Assembly (NCBI GenBank): GCA_038087875.1
Contig: CM075981.1
Location: 1,054,001-1,118,000 of the forward strand
DNA from: Malacoraja senta
Taxonomy: Eukaryota
Direction: 5' to 3'
DNA length: 64,000 nt
Of the stretch, positions 12,080-25,100 are shown in pieces; the stretch's first letter is position 1; each line of letters opens with the position of its first letter. Made by a program: the position numbers and the translations under genes. A model generated the notes under the pieces. The model did no database searches. It saw only the letters and a list, made by a program, of their open reading frames with translations, and had not been told where the DNA came from.

Positions 12080-12354
12080 ATGACTGTTAAGAATGCTAGT
12101 TTACACCAAAGATAGATACAAAGTAATAACTCAGTGGATCAGGCAGCATCTCTGGATGAAAAGGGTGGGTGACATTTCAGGCCGGGACCCTTCTTCAGAC
12201 CGGATAAGATTATTGTAGGACTAGAGTAAACAGGTAGTTGATAGTCAGCATAAACTCGGTGTGCCAAAGGGCCGGTTTCCGTGCTGTATCTCTCTCTCTC
12301 TGCAAGAAATGATCACATACATCATGAAAGGATGAAGGAAACATAGAAACTCAC

Positions 12355-12440
12355 TCCTTTGTCTACGCTTTAGGCACCAAAGTAGACCAGCAAAGAGCAG
12401 GACGAGAAGAACTCCAGCAATGCTGAGCATAATTATGTCT
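12355..12440 (-). CDS. Gene A exon 4: transmembrane domain
   Basis: ctctgtcccatag|86 nt|gtgagt; (R)DIIMLSIAGVLLVLLFAGLLWCLKRRQR; uncharged TM, basic stop-transfer; phase 2 to 1. Confidence 0.9.
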
Positions 12441-12704
12441 CTATGGGACAGAGAAAGCAAAAAGGTTACTCTTGTTTCATCATTGATTCTTATCCTTTGG
12501 TAAAGAACAAAAGTCTAACATCTGCAAGGTATCTTTCATGAGCTCAGGAGAAGTCAAGCCCAGTGAATGGAGTGCAGACATTGCTGTAATGTGGTAAACA
12601 CCAAAGCCAATCTGCCCACAGCAAGTCCCACAAACAGCAGTGCGATGATGACCAATGATTGTGATGCTAGATAAAGAATAAACCCAACTCAACCCAACAG
12701 TTGC

Positions 12705-13022
12705 GCAGCATAGATTTGCTGCCTTACAGCACCAGAGACCCAGGTTCAATCCAGACTACAGGTGCTGTCTGTAAGGAGTTTTCAAATTCTCCCTGTGATG
12801 AAGTGGGTTTCCTCCGGGTGCTCCGGTTTCCTCCCACATCACAAAGACGTGCGGGGTTGTGGGTTAATTGGCCTTGGTAAATTGCCTTTAATTTGTGGGG
12901 AGTGGATGAAAAAGTGGGATAACATAGATCTAATATGAAAGGGTGATCGATGGACAGCGTGGACTCGGAGGAACAAAGGATTTGTTTCCATGCTGTATCT
13001 CTAAACTAAAGTAAAACTAAAC
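12705..13022 (+). mobile_element. HE1/V-SINE-type SINE
   Basis: Head, core and ctaaactaaa tail; boundaries approximate. Confidence 0.7.
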
Positions 13023-13139
13023 TAATTGTGTATGAGATCTGGCCAGTGGCATTGTCAGTGGTAGATATATCTGCCGATTGGTTTACAAATACTTCAGCTT
13101 ACAGATTTACAAAGGAAACACCCCTTGTTCAAAACCAGT

Positions 13140-13975
13140 GGACAGTCAATAAGTGTAGGAAGGAACTACAGATGCTGGTTTAAACCGAAGATAGATACAA
13201 AATGCTGGAGTAACTCAGCGGGACAGGCAGCATCTCTGGAGAGAAGGAGTGGATGACGTTTGGGATTGAGACCCTTCTTCAGGGGAGAAGGAGATAGAGA
13301 TAAGGAAGTGTAAGGTGTGAAAATGAAACAAAGGGGGTGAAGATCAAGAAAAATGTAGAATAGATCATTGTTAGCTGGGAGACGGTAACAACAAAGTAAA
13401 CAAAGATAAAATATAATTGGGCAAAGTCAGACTGGTCGGAGTACTGGAAAGGGAGTGGGATGGAGAGTCAGGGAAAGCAAGGGTTACTTGTAGTTAGAGA
13501 AGTCAATATTCATACAGCTGGGGTGTAAGCTGCCCAATATGAGGTGCTGTTGCCCCTAATTTGCACTGGGCCTGACTCTGATAAAGGAGGCCCAGGACAG
13601 AAATTTAAGCGTGGGAATGGGAGGGGGAGTTAAAGTGTTCACCACCGGGCGATCAGGTAGGTTTAGGCGGACTGAGCGAAGGAGTTCAGTGAAACGATCG
13701 CCAAGCCTGTGCTTGTTCTTGCCGATATATAGGAGTCCACACCTGCAACTGTAGATGAGGAGCTGCAAGTGAACCTCTGCCTCACCTGAAAAGACTGTCA
13801 ATGATTTGTGGGGGGAGGAATAGGGACAGGTGTTGCATCTCCTGCAGTTGCAGGTGAAAGTACCTGGGGCGGGGGTAGTTTGGGTGGGAAGGGATGAGGT
13901 AACCAGGGAGATGCGGAGGGAACGGTCTCTGCAGAAAGCAGAAAGAGGTGGAGATGGGAAGATGAGGCTAGTGGT
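13140..13975 (-). mobile_element. Penelope-like element 3' fragment (GIY-YIG endonuclease end plus terminal repeat)
   Basis: PGTFTCNCRRCNTCPY...CRCGLLYIGKNKHRLGDRF. Confidence 0.8.
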
Positions 13976-13984
13976 GGGTGTCAA

Positions 13985-14365
13985 TATCCTACCAAGTTTA
14001 ACAAAGGGATTGGACACGCGAGATGCAGGAAACATGTTCCCGATGTTGGGGGAGTCCGGAACCAGGGGCCACATTTTAAGAATAACGGGTAGCCCATTTA
14101 GAACTGAGATGAGGAAAACTTTTTCACCCAGAGAGTTGTGGAATTCTTTGCCTCAGAAGGCAGTGCAGGCCGATTCACTGGATAAATTCAAAAGAGAGTT
14201 AGATAGAGTTCTTAGTGCTAGCGGAATCAATAGATATGGGGACAAGGCAGGAACGGGGTACTAATTGTGGATGGTCAGCCATGATCACATTGAATGGCAG
14301 TGCTGGCTCGAAGGGCTGAATGGCCTACTCCTGCACCTATTGTCTATCTATCTATGTATCTATGT
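13985..14365 (+). mobile_element. CR1 3' fragment
   Basis: DAGNMFPMLGESGTRGH...YGDKAGTGY*, CR1 3' UTR and tctatcta tail. Confidence 0.85.
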
Positions 14366-14446
14366 GTGTTTCAACAGTTCCTTGTGTCTCCACCTCTCAT
14401 ATTGAAAAGCAAGGCCAATCAAAACTCGAGCAAGTGAAAATTATAC

Positions 14447-14555
14447 CTGTTATTGAAACCGGGCGCAGGGGTTTCCTGATGATTGTTTTCGGGTGTTACT
14501 TTTGTAGTTGAAGTAAATGCTACTGTTGTTGATGATTCAGAATTAGATTTAGGTT
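14447..14555 (-). CDS. Gene A exon 3: Ser/Thr-rich stalk
   Basis: ttccttatctcaacag|109 nt|gtataa; (E)PKSNSESSTTVAFTSTTKVTPENNHQETPAPGFNN; phase 1 to 2 matches both neighbours. Confidence 0.82.
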
Positions 14556-15270
14556 CTGTTGAGATAAGGAAATAAAAGTCAATTAAAGATAGACAAAATA
14601 TGCTGGAGTAACTCAGCGGGACAGGCAGCATCTCTGGAGAGAAGGAATGGGTGAAGTTTCGGGTCTGACGATGGGTCTCGGGCCGGAACGTCACCCATTC
14701 CTTCCCTCCAGAATGCTGCCTGTGCCGCTGAGTTACTCCAGCATTTCAAGTTCAAGTTCACATTTATTGTCACGTGCACCAATTAAGGTACAGTGATATT
14801 TGAGTTATCATACAGCCATACAAGTTGAAAAAAATAACGTAATACACAATAGTTTTAACATAAACATCCACCACAGTGGAATCATCATTCCTCACTGTGA
14901 TGGAAGGCAATAAAGTTCAGTCATCTTCCTTCTTTGTTCAGCCGTGGTGGTCGGGGCCTTGAACCCTCAGCACTGCCTCCGCCGACGGTCCGATGTTCAA
15001 GCCCTCTCGTCGGGATGATGGAGACTCCGGCGTCGGGGCGGAATGGAAACACTCCGCGTCATGGATCTCCCGAATCGGACTTTTCTTTTCTTTATTTTTT
15101 ATTAGAAGCAATGTACATACATCTTAATCATGATATGCAGCATAATATGTTTCGTGTACAACTTATTTTAAAAAAAACTTTTAAAATCGGCCTTTTCTAA
15201 CGAGACCGCGGCTTCACGGTGTTAAAGTCCACAAGCCCCACGGTCGGAGCACTTCCACAGAGATCCTCAG

Positions 15271-15807
15271 TGTGATGAAGGTGTTAATAGGTATAGTTGA
15301 TTTAGACTAAGGACCCTTTGTACAGTAGAGAGTAGATTAGCTTTCAGCACGAAAACCCGACAATGCTCGGATAGATAATAGCCGTAAGAACAACTGGTGA
15401 CATTTCAAGGATGAGAAACAGGAGATAGCGACAGTCAAGCAAGAACTGGGGTAAAGGGCATGAACAACTCTATAGTGCGCTTGAGTAATGAGACAAATGA
15501 ATATTGCAAACACGCCCATCATGACAAGATGTCTCATTTAAATGCACATGCGATGTATGATGTGGGAGGCACCGGGGGCAGTACCGGTAGATTGTGCACC
15601 TCAGTGCTCTGATTTGAAAGGAGCCCGAAGGGGAGGAATAAAGGTGTAACAAATGTAAAATGATATGAATAAAAGAGAGTGACTTCCCGACCTCGGTGTG
15701 TCTCGACAGGGGAGGCACCCGACTCTGCAGACTTGCTAATAAATAAACTTGTTTCTCTAAATTTTCTCTAGCATCGTGATTGTGAGCACTCACTTTTGCA
15801 TGTCACA
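15271..15807 (+). repeat. ERV 5' LTR (537 bp)
   Basis: Colinear with 27175-27711; about 16 substitutions counted by eye, no indels seen. Confidence 0.95.
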
Positions 15808-15811
15808 AGCT

Positions 15812-15830
15812 TGGGGGCTCGTCTCGGGAT
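15812..15830 (+). promoter_or_regulatory. Primer-binding site, tRNA-Pro
   Basis: TGGGGGCTCGTCTCGGGAT equals the MLV-type Pro PBS TGGGGGCTCGTCCGGGAT with one extra T, 4 nt after the LTR. Confidence 0.85.
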
Positions 15831-16094
15831 CGCCACTCCGGCTGGCTGGCAGCGGTATACGGAAGAAGGGACGGTGCACCCCGCTGTATTCAGCGGTCCT
15901 AGACCCCTTGCTTGCCATCAGCGGTTTGAGCGAATGATATCCCAGACCAGAGATTAGAGAAACAAGTGGGAGTAGTTGGAAATCGCGAGGAGCCAAATCG
16001 AGTGATTCTTGTGCACAAGACCCGGGTAAGAAATCTGACTATTAAGTACTACTCGGGCGATTAAATAGATCGGAGGGAAATTCCGATTGGGAGG

Positions 16095-17786
16095 ATGGGC
16101 AGTGAAAACGGAAAGCCCAAAAGGGAGGGGAAGGGCGGTAAGCCCGACCCCCGCATTCTGCCTGATAGTCCGTTGGGGCGAATGCTGAGCCTCTGGGGGC
16201 AGGGAAATACCCAGGGATTGGAGAAGACAAAAATGATTCGATTCTGTTATTTAGAGTGGCCAAAACACCCGATCAAAGGAGACTCGGTCTGGTGGCCGAA
16301 GGGTGGGTCAGATGAGGATTGGGTGCGACAGGCATTGAATGTATATGTGAATAATAAACCCAACCTGTTGATAGAAGAAACCACGTATGCCGCGGTATGG
16401 GAGACGGGATGTAATCTGTTAAAATTAAAAGAAGAGGCTGAACAGTCAAGCCCCTCTTCACCCCCATGGGATATACTGGAGCACCTACCTCCTCCCTATG
16501 TACACCCACCACCCGGAGTAGCGCCACCGATCCCACCCCCGCCTCCACTTGCGGCGGCGGTGGAAGAGGTGACACCCGGACCCGCTCAGGTGGTAAGGAG
16601 AAAGGTCAGGATAAAACAAGAACCTAATAATGAAGTTACTGATGGTGATGACACCGACAGTGAACCACCGGACCCCAGGAGTGAGGACGAAAAGGAGATA
16701 GAAAGACAGGAGCCGGCTGGGGTAGATGAATTAAATCCCCCGCCACCGGGAGAGGGAGTCAGGAGGTCGGTCAGAGTAAGAAAAAGACCGATAAAAATTA
16801 GACCCCTGAGGGAGGTACCCATGGGAGGACCCCACGGGGGAATGGGATTTGTTAATGTCCCCTTAACCAGTACCGAGGTAAGGAACTTCAAGAAGGAGAT
16901 GAAAAGCCTCCCTGAAGATCCTTTAGGTCTGGCGGAACAGTTAGATCAATTCCTTGGGCCAAACACTTATACATGGGATGAGTTGATGGCCATTATGGGG
17001 AATCTCTTCACATCAGAGGAGAGGCAGATGATTAGGGCAGCGGCAATGAAAAAGTGGGAACAGGAGAACCCGCCAGCGCAGCAAAATATAGGGCGGCCAG
17101 ATAAATTCCCAGTACAAGAGCCAGATTTGGACAAGGGAACAGCAGCAGGGTGAGGGAATATGAAGGACCTATGGGATATAATTATAAAAGAGATAAGAGA
17201 GGCAGTACCCAAAGGACAGAATTTTGAACGAGCATTTGAAAAAGGACAGCAGAAAGACGAGGCCCCGACAGCGTTCCTTCAAAGATTCAGGAAGAACATG
17301 CAACAGTATTCCGGAATAGATCCGGACTCAGAGGCAGGACAACAACTGCTCAGGGCCAATTTCGTGACCAAATCCTGGCCTGATGTAAGGAAGAAGTTAG
17401 AAAAGATGGATGATTGGAATGAGAAACTACTGCCTCAGTTGCTTACGGAGGCCCAGAAAGTGTACGTGCGAAGGGATGAGGAAAAACAGAAGGGAAAGGC
17501 AAAGATTATGTTGCAGGCAGTAAAGCAAGTAGTAGACAAGGAAAAGGGAGGTACAGGATGGCGAGGGAGTTACTCCCGAGCCAGGGGAAGAGGACGCGGC
17601 AGAGGCCGCGGAAGAGGGGGATATGGAGAAGGATACGACAGGGGCCGGGGAAACACGAGTACGGGACAAGGTTGGAGGACAGGACCTTCAATATGTTATT
17701 TTTGTAATAAGGAAGGACACTTCAAAAGGGAGTGCCCTGAGCTTGTAGCGGTGTCCCGTACGTACAGTATGATGGAGAATGAATAG
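16095..17786 (+). pseudogene. gag: ERV gag (one in-frame TGA at 17151-17153)
   Basis: MG start, PPPY late domain, capsid region, RG repeats, single CCHC knuckle CYFCNKEGHFKREC, ends in TAG. Confidence 0.92.
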
Positions 17787-17867
17787 GGGGGTCAGGGGCT
17801 CCCGTCCCTGGGGTCGGGGGACTATAGAAGGGAGCCCCTGGTAAATTTAAAAATAGGACCCCAGGGA
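17784..17867 (+). promoter_or_regulatory. Gag-pol amber readthrough signal with H-type pseudoknot
   Basis: TAG in frame with pol; 17793-17803 pairs with 17830-17840 and 17805-17815 pairs with 17857-17867, both perfect 11-bp. Confidence 0.8.
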
Positions 17868-20800
17868 GAAGATACGGTGTTCATGGTAGATTCAGGAGCA
17901 GAGCGATCAAGTGTAACCAAAGTACCAATAGGTATGAAGGCAGGACAAGGGAGAATTAAAATTACCGGGGTAGGGGGAACTGTGATGGTAGCTCCTGAGA
18001 TAGGAGGAGTGAATGTAAGGTATGGACACCGGGTGGCAGTAGAGGACCTGATCTTATTACCTCAGGCTGGTATAAATTTAATGGGCAGAGATTTACAAAT
18101 ACAATTGGGGATAGGCACAGCACCGGTAGAGGGAAGGATAGTGGTCCAGTTGTATACTCTAAGAGAGGCGGACGAGCAAAGAATTAATGACCAAGTATGG
18201 GCCAAGGAAGGAAACAGAGGAGGTTTGCAAATACCCCCTCTACAGATAATATTAAAGGACGGTGCCGACATAGTACGAGTAAGACAATACCCCATTTCGA
18301 CCGAGGGACGAAAAGGCCTACAACCAATCATTGAGAATTTATTGAAGGACGGGGTATTGGAACCATGTATGTCCCCCTACAATACTCCGATCCTATCAGT
18401 CAGAAAGACCGACGGGACATTTAGACTCGTACAGGACTTGAGGGAATTGAACAAGGTAGTCCGAGCCCGACACCCGGTAGTACCTAACCCTTACACCATC
18501 ATGGGACGGATACCCCCAAGCCACAAATGGTTTAGTGTGGTAGATTTAAAGGACGCTTTCTGGAGTTGTCCGCTGGCAACAGAGAGTAGAGACTTATTCG
18601 CCTTTGAGTGGGAAAACCCTAACACCGGGCGGAAGCAACAATTCCGGTGGACGGTGCTCCCTCAAGGTTTTACAGAATCACCAAATTTATTCGGCCAAAT
18701 TTTAGAGCAGGTACTGGAGGATTTGCCAGGTCACGGGGAAACGCAACTATTACAGTACGTGGATGACCTTCTCTTGTCAGGAGAGAGGGAAGAAGAAGTA
18801 AGGGACGCCACGATAGTCCTGTTAAACATCATAAATTTTTCCCAAATGTATCATCTATTTGTGATAAATGTCAATCCCAAGAAGCTACCATAACGCACTC
18901 ATTCGTCTTCTGTACAAAAATTCAAAAATTTTGGAATGAAATTTTTGAAATCTTTACAAAGTTATTTAAAACAAGACTGATACCCAAAGCAGAATGGATT
19001 ATCTTCGGAATAACGGAAGATGATCCAGAACTAAATGTGTTTCAAAAGAAATTAATGGACTATGGGTTAATAACTGGAAAAAAGCTAATTCTAAAATTTT
19101 GGAAGAAGGCTCCAATACCAACTATAAATATGTGGATTTCAAATATGTTTGAAACATTACACCTAGAAGAGATAAGACTCCTCCTAGCAGGTAAACCAGA
19201 TCACTTCCACCTGACGTGGTCTGCATTTATAGAATTATTACAAACATAGGGTGCAAAAGTACTTTAAAAAAAATAAAAAATTGAGGTCAGGTAAGGGGGG
19301 ATGATAGTTGAAGAGTTGGTATGTCCTATTTACGTAATGCTCAAAAAAATATATTTTTTTCTTTTTTTTTTTCTCTCTCTTTTTTTTCCTAGGGCCTATT
19401 TCTTAACTCTTTTTCTTTTGTTTTTAATTTCGCTCTTATAGGGTCTTCGTCCTTTTTTGTTGTTACATTTTCTACACTTTTCTACACTTTCACTTTTTCC
19501 TTCACTTTCTTCTTTCTTTCAATCTTTTCCTTTTCTAGTGTAAAAAAATAAATAAAGGGAGTACATTAATTGTAAGAAGATATAAATGACGAGTATTAAT
19601 GTATGTGGTTGTAATGTAATGTACTTCTAATAAATAAAAATAAAAAAAAAATAAAAAAATAAAAATTAAAAATAAAAACATCTTGGGGAAGAAGGGGTTA
19701 AGGGTGTCCCTTAACAAGCTTCAATTTGTGGAACAAGAGGTAAAATATCTAGGACACCTGATAAGCGGAGGAAAGAGACGAATAAACCCCGAAAGGATAG
19801 CTGGAATCACGGGAGTACCACTCCCGAGGAATTAGAAAGAGATCCGAAAATTCCTGGGGTTGATAGGATACTGTCGACTGTGGATAGATGATTACGCCCG
19901 ACAGGTGAAATTCCTGTATGATAAATTGGGAGAAGAAAAAGACAAGGTTAAGTGGACCCCTGAACAGGAGGTGGAATTTGGGAAATTAAAGAACAGTCTG
20001 ATTACTGCTCCCGTGTTGGCCCTACCCTCGTTAGAACAACCTTTCCATCTCTTCGTAAATTCAGACAAGGGGGTGGCACTAGGGGTACTTACCCAGAAAA
20101 GAGGGGGGAACAGCCGGTGGCCTTCCTCTCAAAAATATTAGATCCAGTCTCCAGGGGATGGCCGGGATGCATACAAGCGGTAGCAGCCACTGCAATATTG
20201 GTGGAGGAGAGTAGAAAATTAACCTTTGGAGGAGCTCTGGTTGTTTCTACGCCACACACGGTGAGAACCATACTCACTCAGAAATCCAACAGATGGTTAA
20301 CGGACTCTAGAATTTTAAAGTACGAGGCCATCCTGATGGAAAAAGACGATTTGACTATAATTACGGATAAGAACCTTAACCCGTCCCAATTCCTGTATCC
20401 AGCAAAAAAACAGGGCAATGAGGAAGAGGACCCAGTACACTGCTCTAGGGAAATAATAGATTTACAGACAAAAAGTAGAGAAGACTTGGAAGAACAACCT
20501 CTGGCTGAGGGCAGCCAGTGGTTTATAGATGGGTCCTCCAGGTGTATAGATGGAAAAAGACATAGTGGGTACAGTATAGTGAACGGGGAAACTATGAAGG
20601 AAATTGAAAGCGGCAGGCTGCCTGGTAGTTGGTCAGCCCAATCTTGTGAATTATACGCATTAATGAGAGCTTTGGAACTATTTAAGGGAAAGGAAGGAAC
20701 AGTGTATACCGATTCAAAATACGCCTTTGGGGTAGTACACACCTTTGGGAAGATCTGGAAAGAGTGAGGAATGATAACAGCTCGAGGGAAAGAATTAGCG

Positions 20801-22177
20801 CATGAGCAATTGATAGGACAGACACTGGAAGCCTTGCAGAAACCAGAACGAATAGCCATAGCACATGTGGCAGGGCATCAGAAGGGTAACACCCTGGAAG
20901 CCCGAGGAAATAGGGCAGCGGATGAGGTTGCAAAAAGAGCAGCCACAGATCAGACGGTAGAAATGATGTCACTAATACCTTTAAGGGAACAAGAGGAAAA
21001 GATATCTATCTTTAGTGAGAAAGAGCAGGAACACATGAGAGAAATGGGAGCCCGGCTTACCCCAAATGGGAAATGGTGGACACCGGATGGAATGCAGCTA
21101 TTGAACAAAGAAATTATAAGGGAGTTATTAGGGAGGCTGCACGGGCAAAGCCATTGGGGGACCCAAGCCCTCCGTGACAACCTTCTCAGAACCTATGCTT
21201 GCCGTGGGATGTATACCATGGCCAAACAAGTCATAGGGGGCTGTGTAATATGTCAGCAAATTAACAAGAAAATCATGAGAGCAGTCCCGGGTGGAGGACA
21301 ACCATTGGCAATTAGGCCCTTCCAAAGAATACAGATAGATTTCACCGAGTTTCCCCGGGTACAAAGATGGAAGTACCTGTTAGTGGTAGTGGACCATTTC
21401 ACTAGATGGGTAGAGGCATTCCCCACAGCAACTGCCACCTCACAGGCGGTAGCCAAGGTATTATTGGAGCAAATTATACCCAGATATGGGATTGTGGAAA
21501 CAATAGACTCGGATAGAGGGACCCATTTTGCCTCCAAAACACATAAAATGATATGTGAAGCACTAGGAATTGAATGGAAATTGCATACACCGTGGCATCC
21601 CCAGAGCTCCGGAAAGGTGGAGAGAATGAATGGCACCTTGAAGACCCAAATCACCAAGTTGATAGAGGAAACGAGACTCCCCTGGACTAAGTGCCTTCCG
21701 ATAGCCTTGTTGAGAATCCGAACGGCACCTCGGAAAGAAATATGGGTATCACCATATGAAATGTTATTCGGGCTCCCATACTTAGGAAAGATAGAAGGGG
21801 TCCCAACATAACAAGGGAATGATGTATTCCTAAGGAACTATTTACTGGCGGTATCCCAATCTCTTGCAGAACTAAAAACTAAAGGATTACTGGCCCAGAT
21901 CCCGCCACTGGACTTTCCGATTCACTCAGTCAAGGCTGGAGACTGGGTACAAATAAAAACGTAGAAAGAAGAAAAGTTGCAACCTAGGTGGACTGGACCC
22001 TACCTTGTGTTATTAACCACTGAGACAGCAGTACGAACAAAAGAAAAAGGGTGGACACACGCAAGCCGATTTAAGGGTCCTGTGGAGGCCCCACCAGACA
22101 ATATCAGCCCGTGGACTGTGCGCAAAGGGAAGGAACCATTGACTTTGGTATTCACCAAGACCCCGCACGGAAAATGA
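17787..22177 (+). pseudogene. pol: ERV pol (PR-RT-RNaseH-IN), interrupted by L1 at 18831-19675, with several stops and a frameshift near 20100
   Basis: VDSGA protease, LPQGF and YVDD RT, FIDGS and YTDSKY RNase H, IQIDF, DSDRG and SGKVERMN integrase, C-terminal RWTGPY. Confidence 0.93.
18831..19675 (+). mobile_element. 5'-truncated L1 nested in ERV pol
   Basis: L1 ORF2 C-terminus (KKLILKFWK), poly(A); TSD aaacatc (18824-18830, 19676-19682); excision restores IVLLNILGKKGLRVS. Confidence 0.93.
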
Positions 22178-25100
22178 AGACTTTGAGCTGGTGGATCGTG
22201 TGTTGGGTGGTTACCCAACTCGTGAGTAATATAACATGTATAAAAATCACTATACCACAGAATAGAAGGTCCACCACCATCCCATTTAATGTATGTAAAG
22301 GAAAATGGTGGTGTGGCTATAGGATGTATGTATGCACCCATCCATATAGAAATTGGCACGCGGTGTTCACTTCATCAAGAGATGGGTGGCATCAGCCCAC
22401 CTATCAAACTGATAGGTGGAAAGTATATCAAAACCCAAATGAGGGATTGCCAGGACGCGTATATGTATATCAGTATTAACACTACCCAAGGATATTAATA
22501 AAAGATTTGCTCAATTTTACCAGAATCTATACACATCTAAAACGTCAATAGACAATAATAAAATCTCAGAATTTTTAGATAATTGTAATCTACCACAATT
22601 AGAACGCAGGGAACAAGAGGAACTGGGAGCACAAATTACTTCTAAGGAGATAGAAGACACAATAAAAACACTAAAAAATGGAAAAACACCAGGACCAGAC
22701 GGATTCAGTAATGAATTTTATAAATCTTTTTATGATATAGTTACTCCACGATTACAAAAAATGTATACATATGCTTATAAAGAGCAAAACCTACCTGAAA
22801 CACTAGCGGAATCAACGATCATATTAATACTTAAAAAAGATAAAAATATAGAAGAACCAGGATCATATAGAGCTATTGCTTTGTTAAATACGGATCAGAA
22901 AATAATAGCAAAAACATTAGCCAATAGATTAAGCAAGTATGTTAGTAGACTAATACATGAGGATCAAACAGGATTTATACCTAAGAGACACTCATTTAAT
23001 AATTTGAGACGTTTGCTTAACATAATGCATTCACATAAATCTGATGACCAAGAGTTAGCTATCATCTCACTGGACGCAGAAAAAGCGTTTGATCAAGTAG
23101 AATGGGACTATATGATCAAAGTATTGCAAAAATTCCAATTGGGAGAAAACTTTATTGCATGGATAAAACTACTATATAACAAACCTACGGCTAGAATACT
23201 AACTAATAATATATTATCTTCAAAATTCGAATTATCTAGGGGCAACAGACAAGGATGTTCACTATCACCGCTGTTATTTGCTTTGGTAATTGAACCCCTT
23301 GCTGAAAAAATAAGAACACACTCGAATATTCACGGTTATAACACAAAATATTCAAACAACAAACTATCCCTATATGCTGATGATGTACTACTGTACATCA
23401 CAAAACCACAAATTAGTATACCAAATATATTAAACTTAATTGAGGACTTTGGATCCTTTTCAGGATATAGAATAAATTGGAACAAAAGTGAAATTATGTC
23501 GATTAAACCAAAAGACTCAACACATCTCAGGAAATTCCCTTTTAAAATAGCTATGGAAAAATTCAAATATTTAGGAATTGAGATTACTAGAAATTACCAT
23601 GATATGTTTAAAGCTAATTATAATCCCCTACTTAAGAAATTAAATAATCTGATTAAATTTTGGAAAACACTTCCGATGTCCTTAATAGGTAGGATAAATG
23701 CTATAAAAATGATTTTCTTACCACAAATCCTTTACCTATTTCAATCAATACCTATATATCTCCCAAAAAAGTTTTTCAAAAAACTGGACTCAGACATTAC
23801 AAATTTTATATGGGATTACAAATCCCACAGAATACAAAGAACACACCTTAACAAACGAAAAGAGTTGGGGGGTCTAGCGCTCCCTAACTTTATGTATTAT
23901 AACTGGGCAGTAAATATTAAAAATATGATTCACCTGCTGGACAATTCTGCCCAGCAGGTGGACTGGATTATAATGGAAAAAGGGGATTGCTCCCCGAATA
24001 ATATAGGAGCGATTATTCTCTCTCCAATAAATTTGAATAATAAAAATTATAATAAAAATCCAATTATATATAGCACTATTAGAACATGGAAGCAAATAAA
24101 ACAGAATCTAAAATTAAGAAACCTATCTCTCTTAATACCAATAGTCAATAACCCATCGTTTAAACCTTCAATCATAGATAAAGCATTTATACAATGGGAA
24201 AGAATGGGAATTAAAACGCTCGAAGATCTGTATGAATTAGAAAAATTACTATCATTCCAACAACTACAACTGAAATATAATTTGAAAAATAATCAATATT
24301 TTAAATATCTACAAATCTGTGACTATTTGAAAACACACACAAAAGATTATTATAATATGCCTTCCGACTTACTAGATGAAGCAATGAAGACAAAGGCGGA
24401 ATCAGTTAATTTAATATCATACTTATATAATATCATCTTAAATATAGAAATACCCACAACAGATGGAATTAGAAGAGATTGGGAACAAGATCTAGGTATA
24501 AAAATTTCAAAAGAGAGTTGGGATAATCATTTATTACAGGTGCATAAATGCTCGATCAACGTACGACATACGCTTATCCAATTTAAAACATTACATAGAT
24601 TATATTATTCAAAAACCAAACTAAATAAAATCTTTCCTAACGTCTCACCAATCTGTGATAAATGTATATGTCAAGAAGCTACCATAGCACATTCTTTTGT
24701 TTTTTGTACAAAAATCCAAAAATTCTGGTTTGAAATATTTGATATTTTTTCAAAATTAATCAAAATAAAACTGGTACCAAAACCAGAATGGATTATTTTT
24801 GGAATATCGGAAGGTATTCCTGAATTAAACGTGTATCAGAAGAATTTACTCAATTATGGGCTAATAATGGGAAAAAAGCTTATACTTAAATTCTGGAAAA
24901 ATGCGCCCACACCAACAATAAAAATGTGGACATCAAATATGTTGGAAACATTACATCTGGAAGAGATGAGATTCCTCCTAGTAGGCAAAGTAGATCAATT
25001 TCAAAAGACGTGGTCTACGTTTTTGGACCTATTACAAGCATGAGGTGCAATAGTAATTTAGAAAAACAAATAAATAAATAAAAGGTATCTGGACCTGGTA

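Noticed and set aside
15337-15793. Near-identical ORFs of 66-107 aa on the minus strand at 15337-15793 and 27211-27697
   Set aside because: They are the two LTR copies read antisense; similarity reflects LTR identity, and no domain is recognisable
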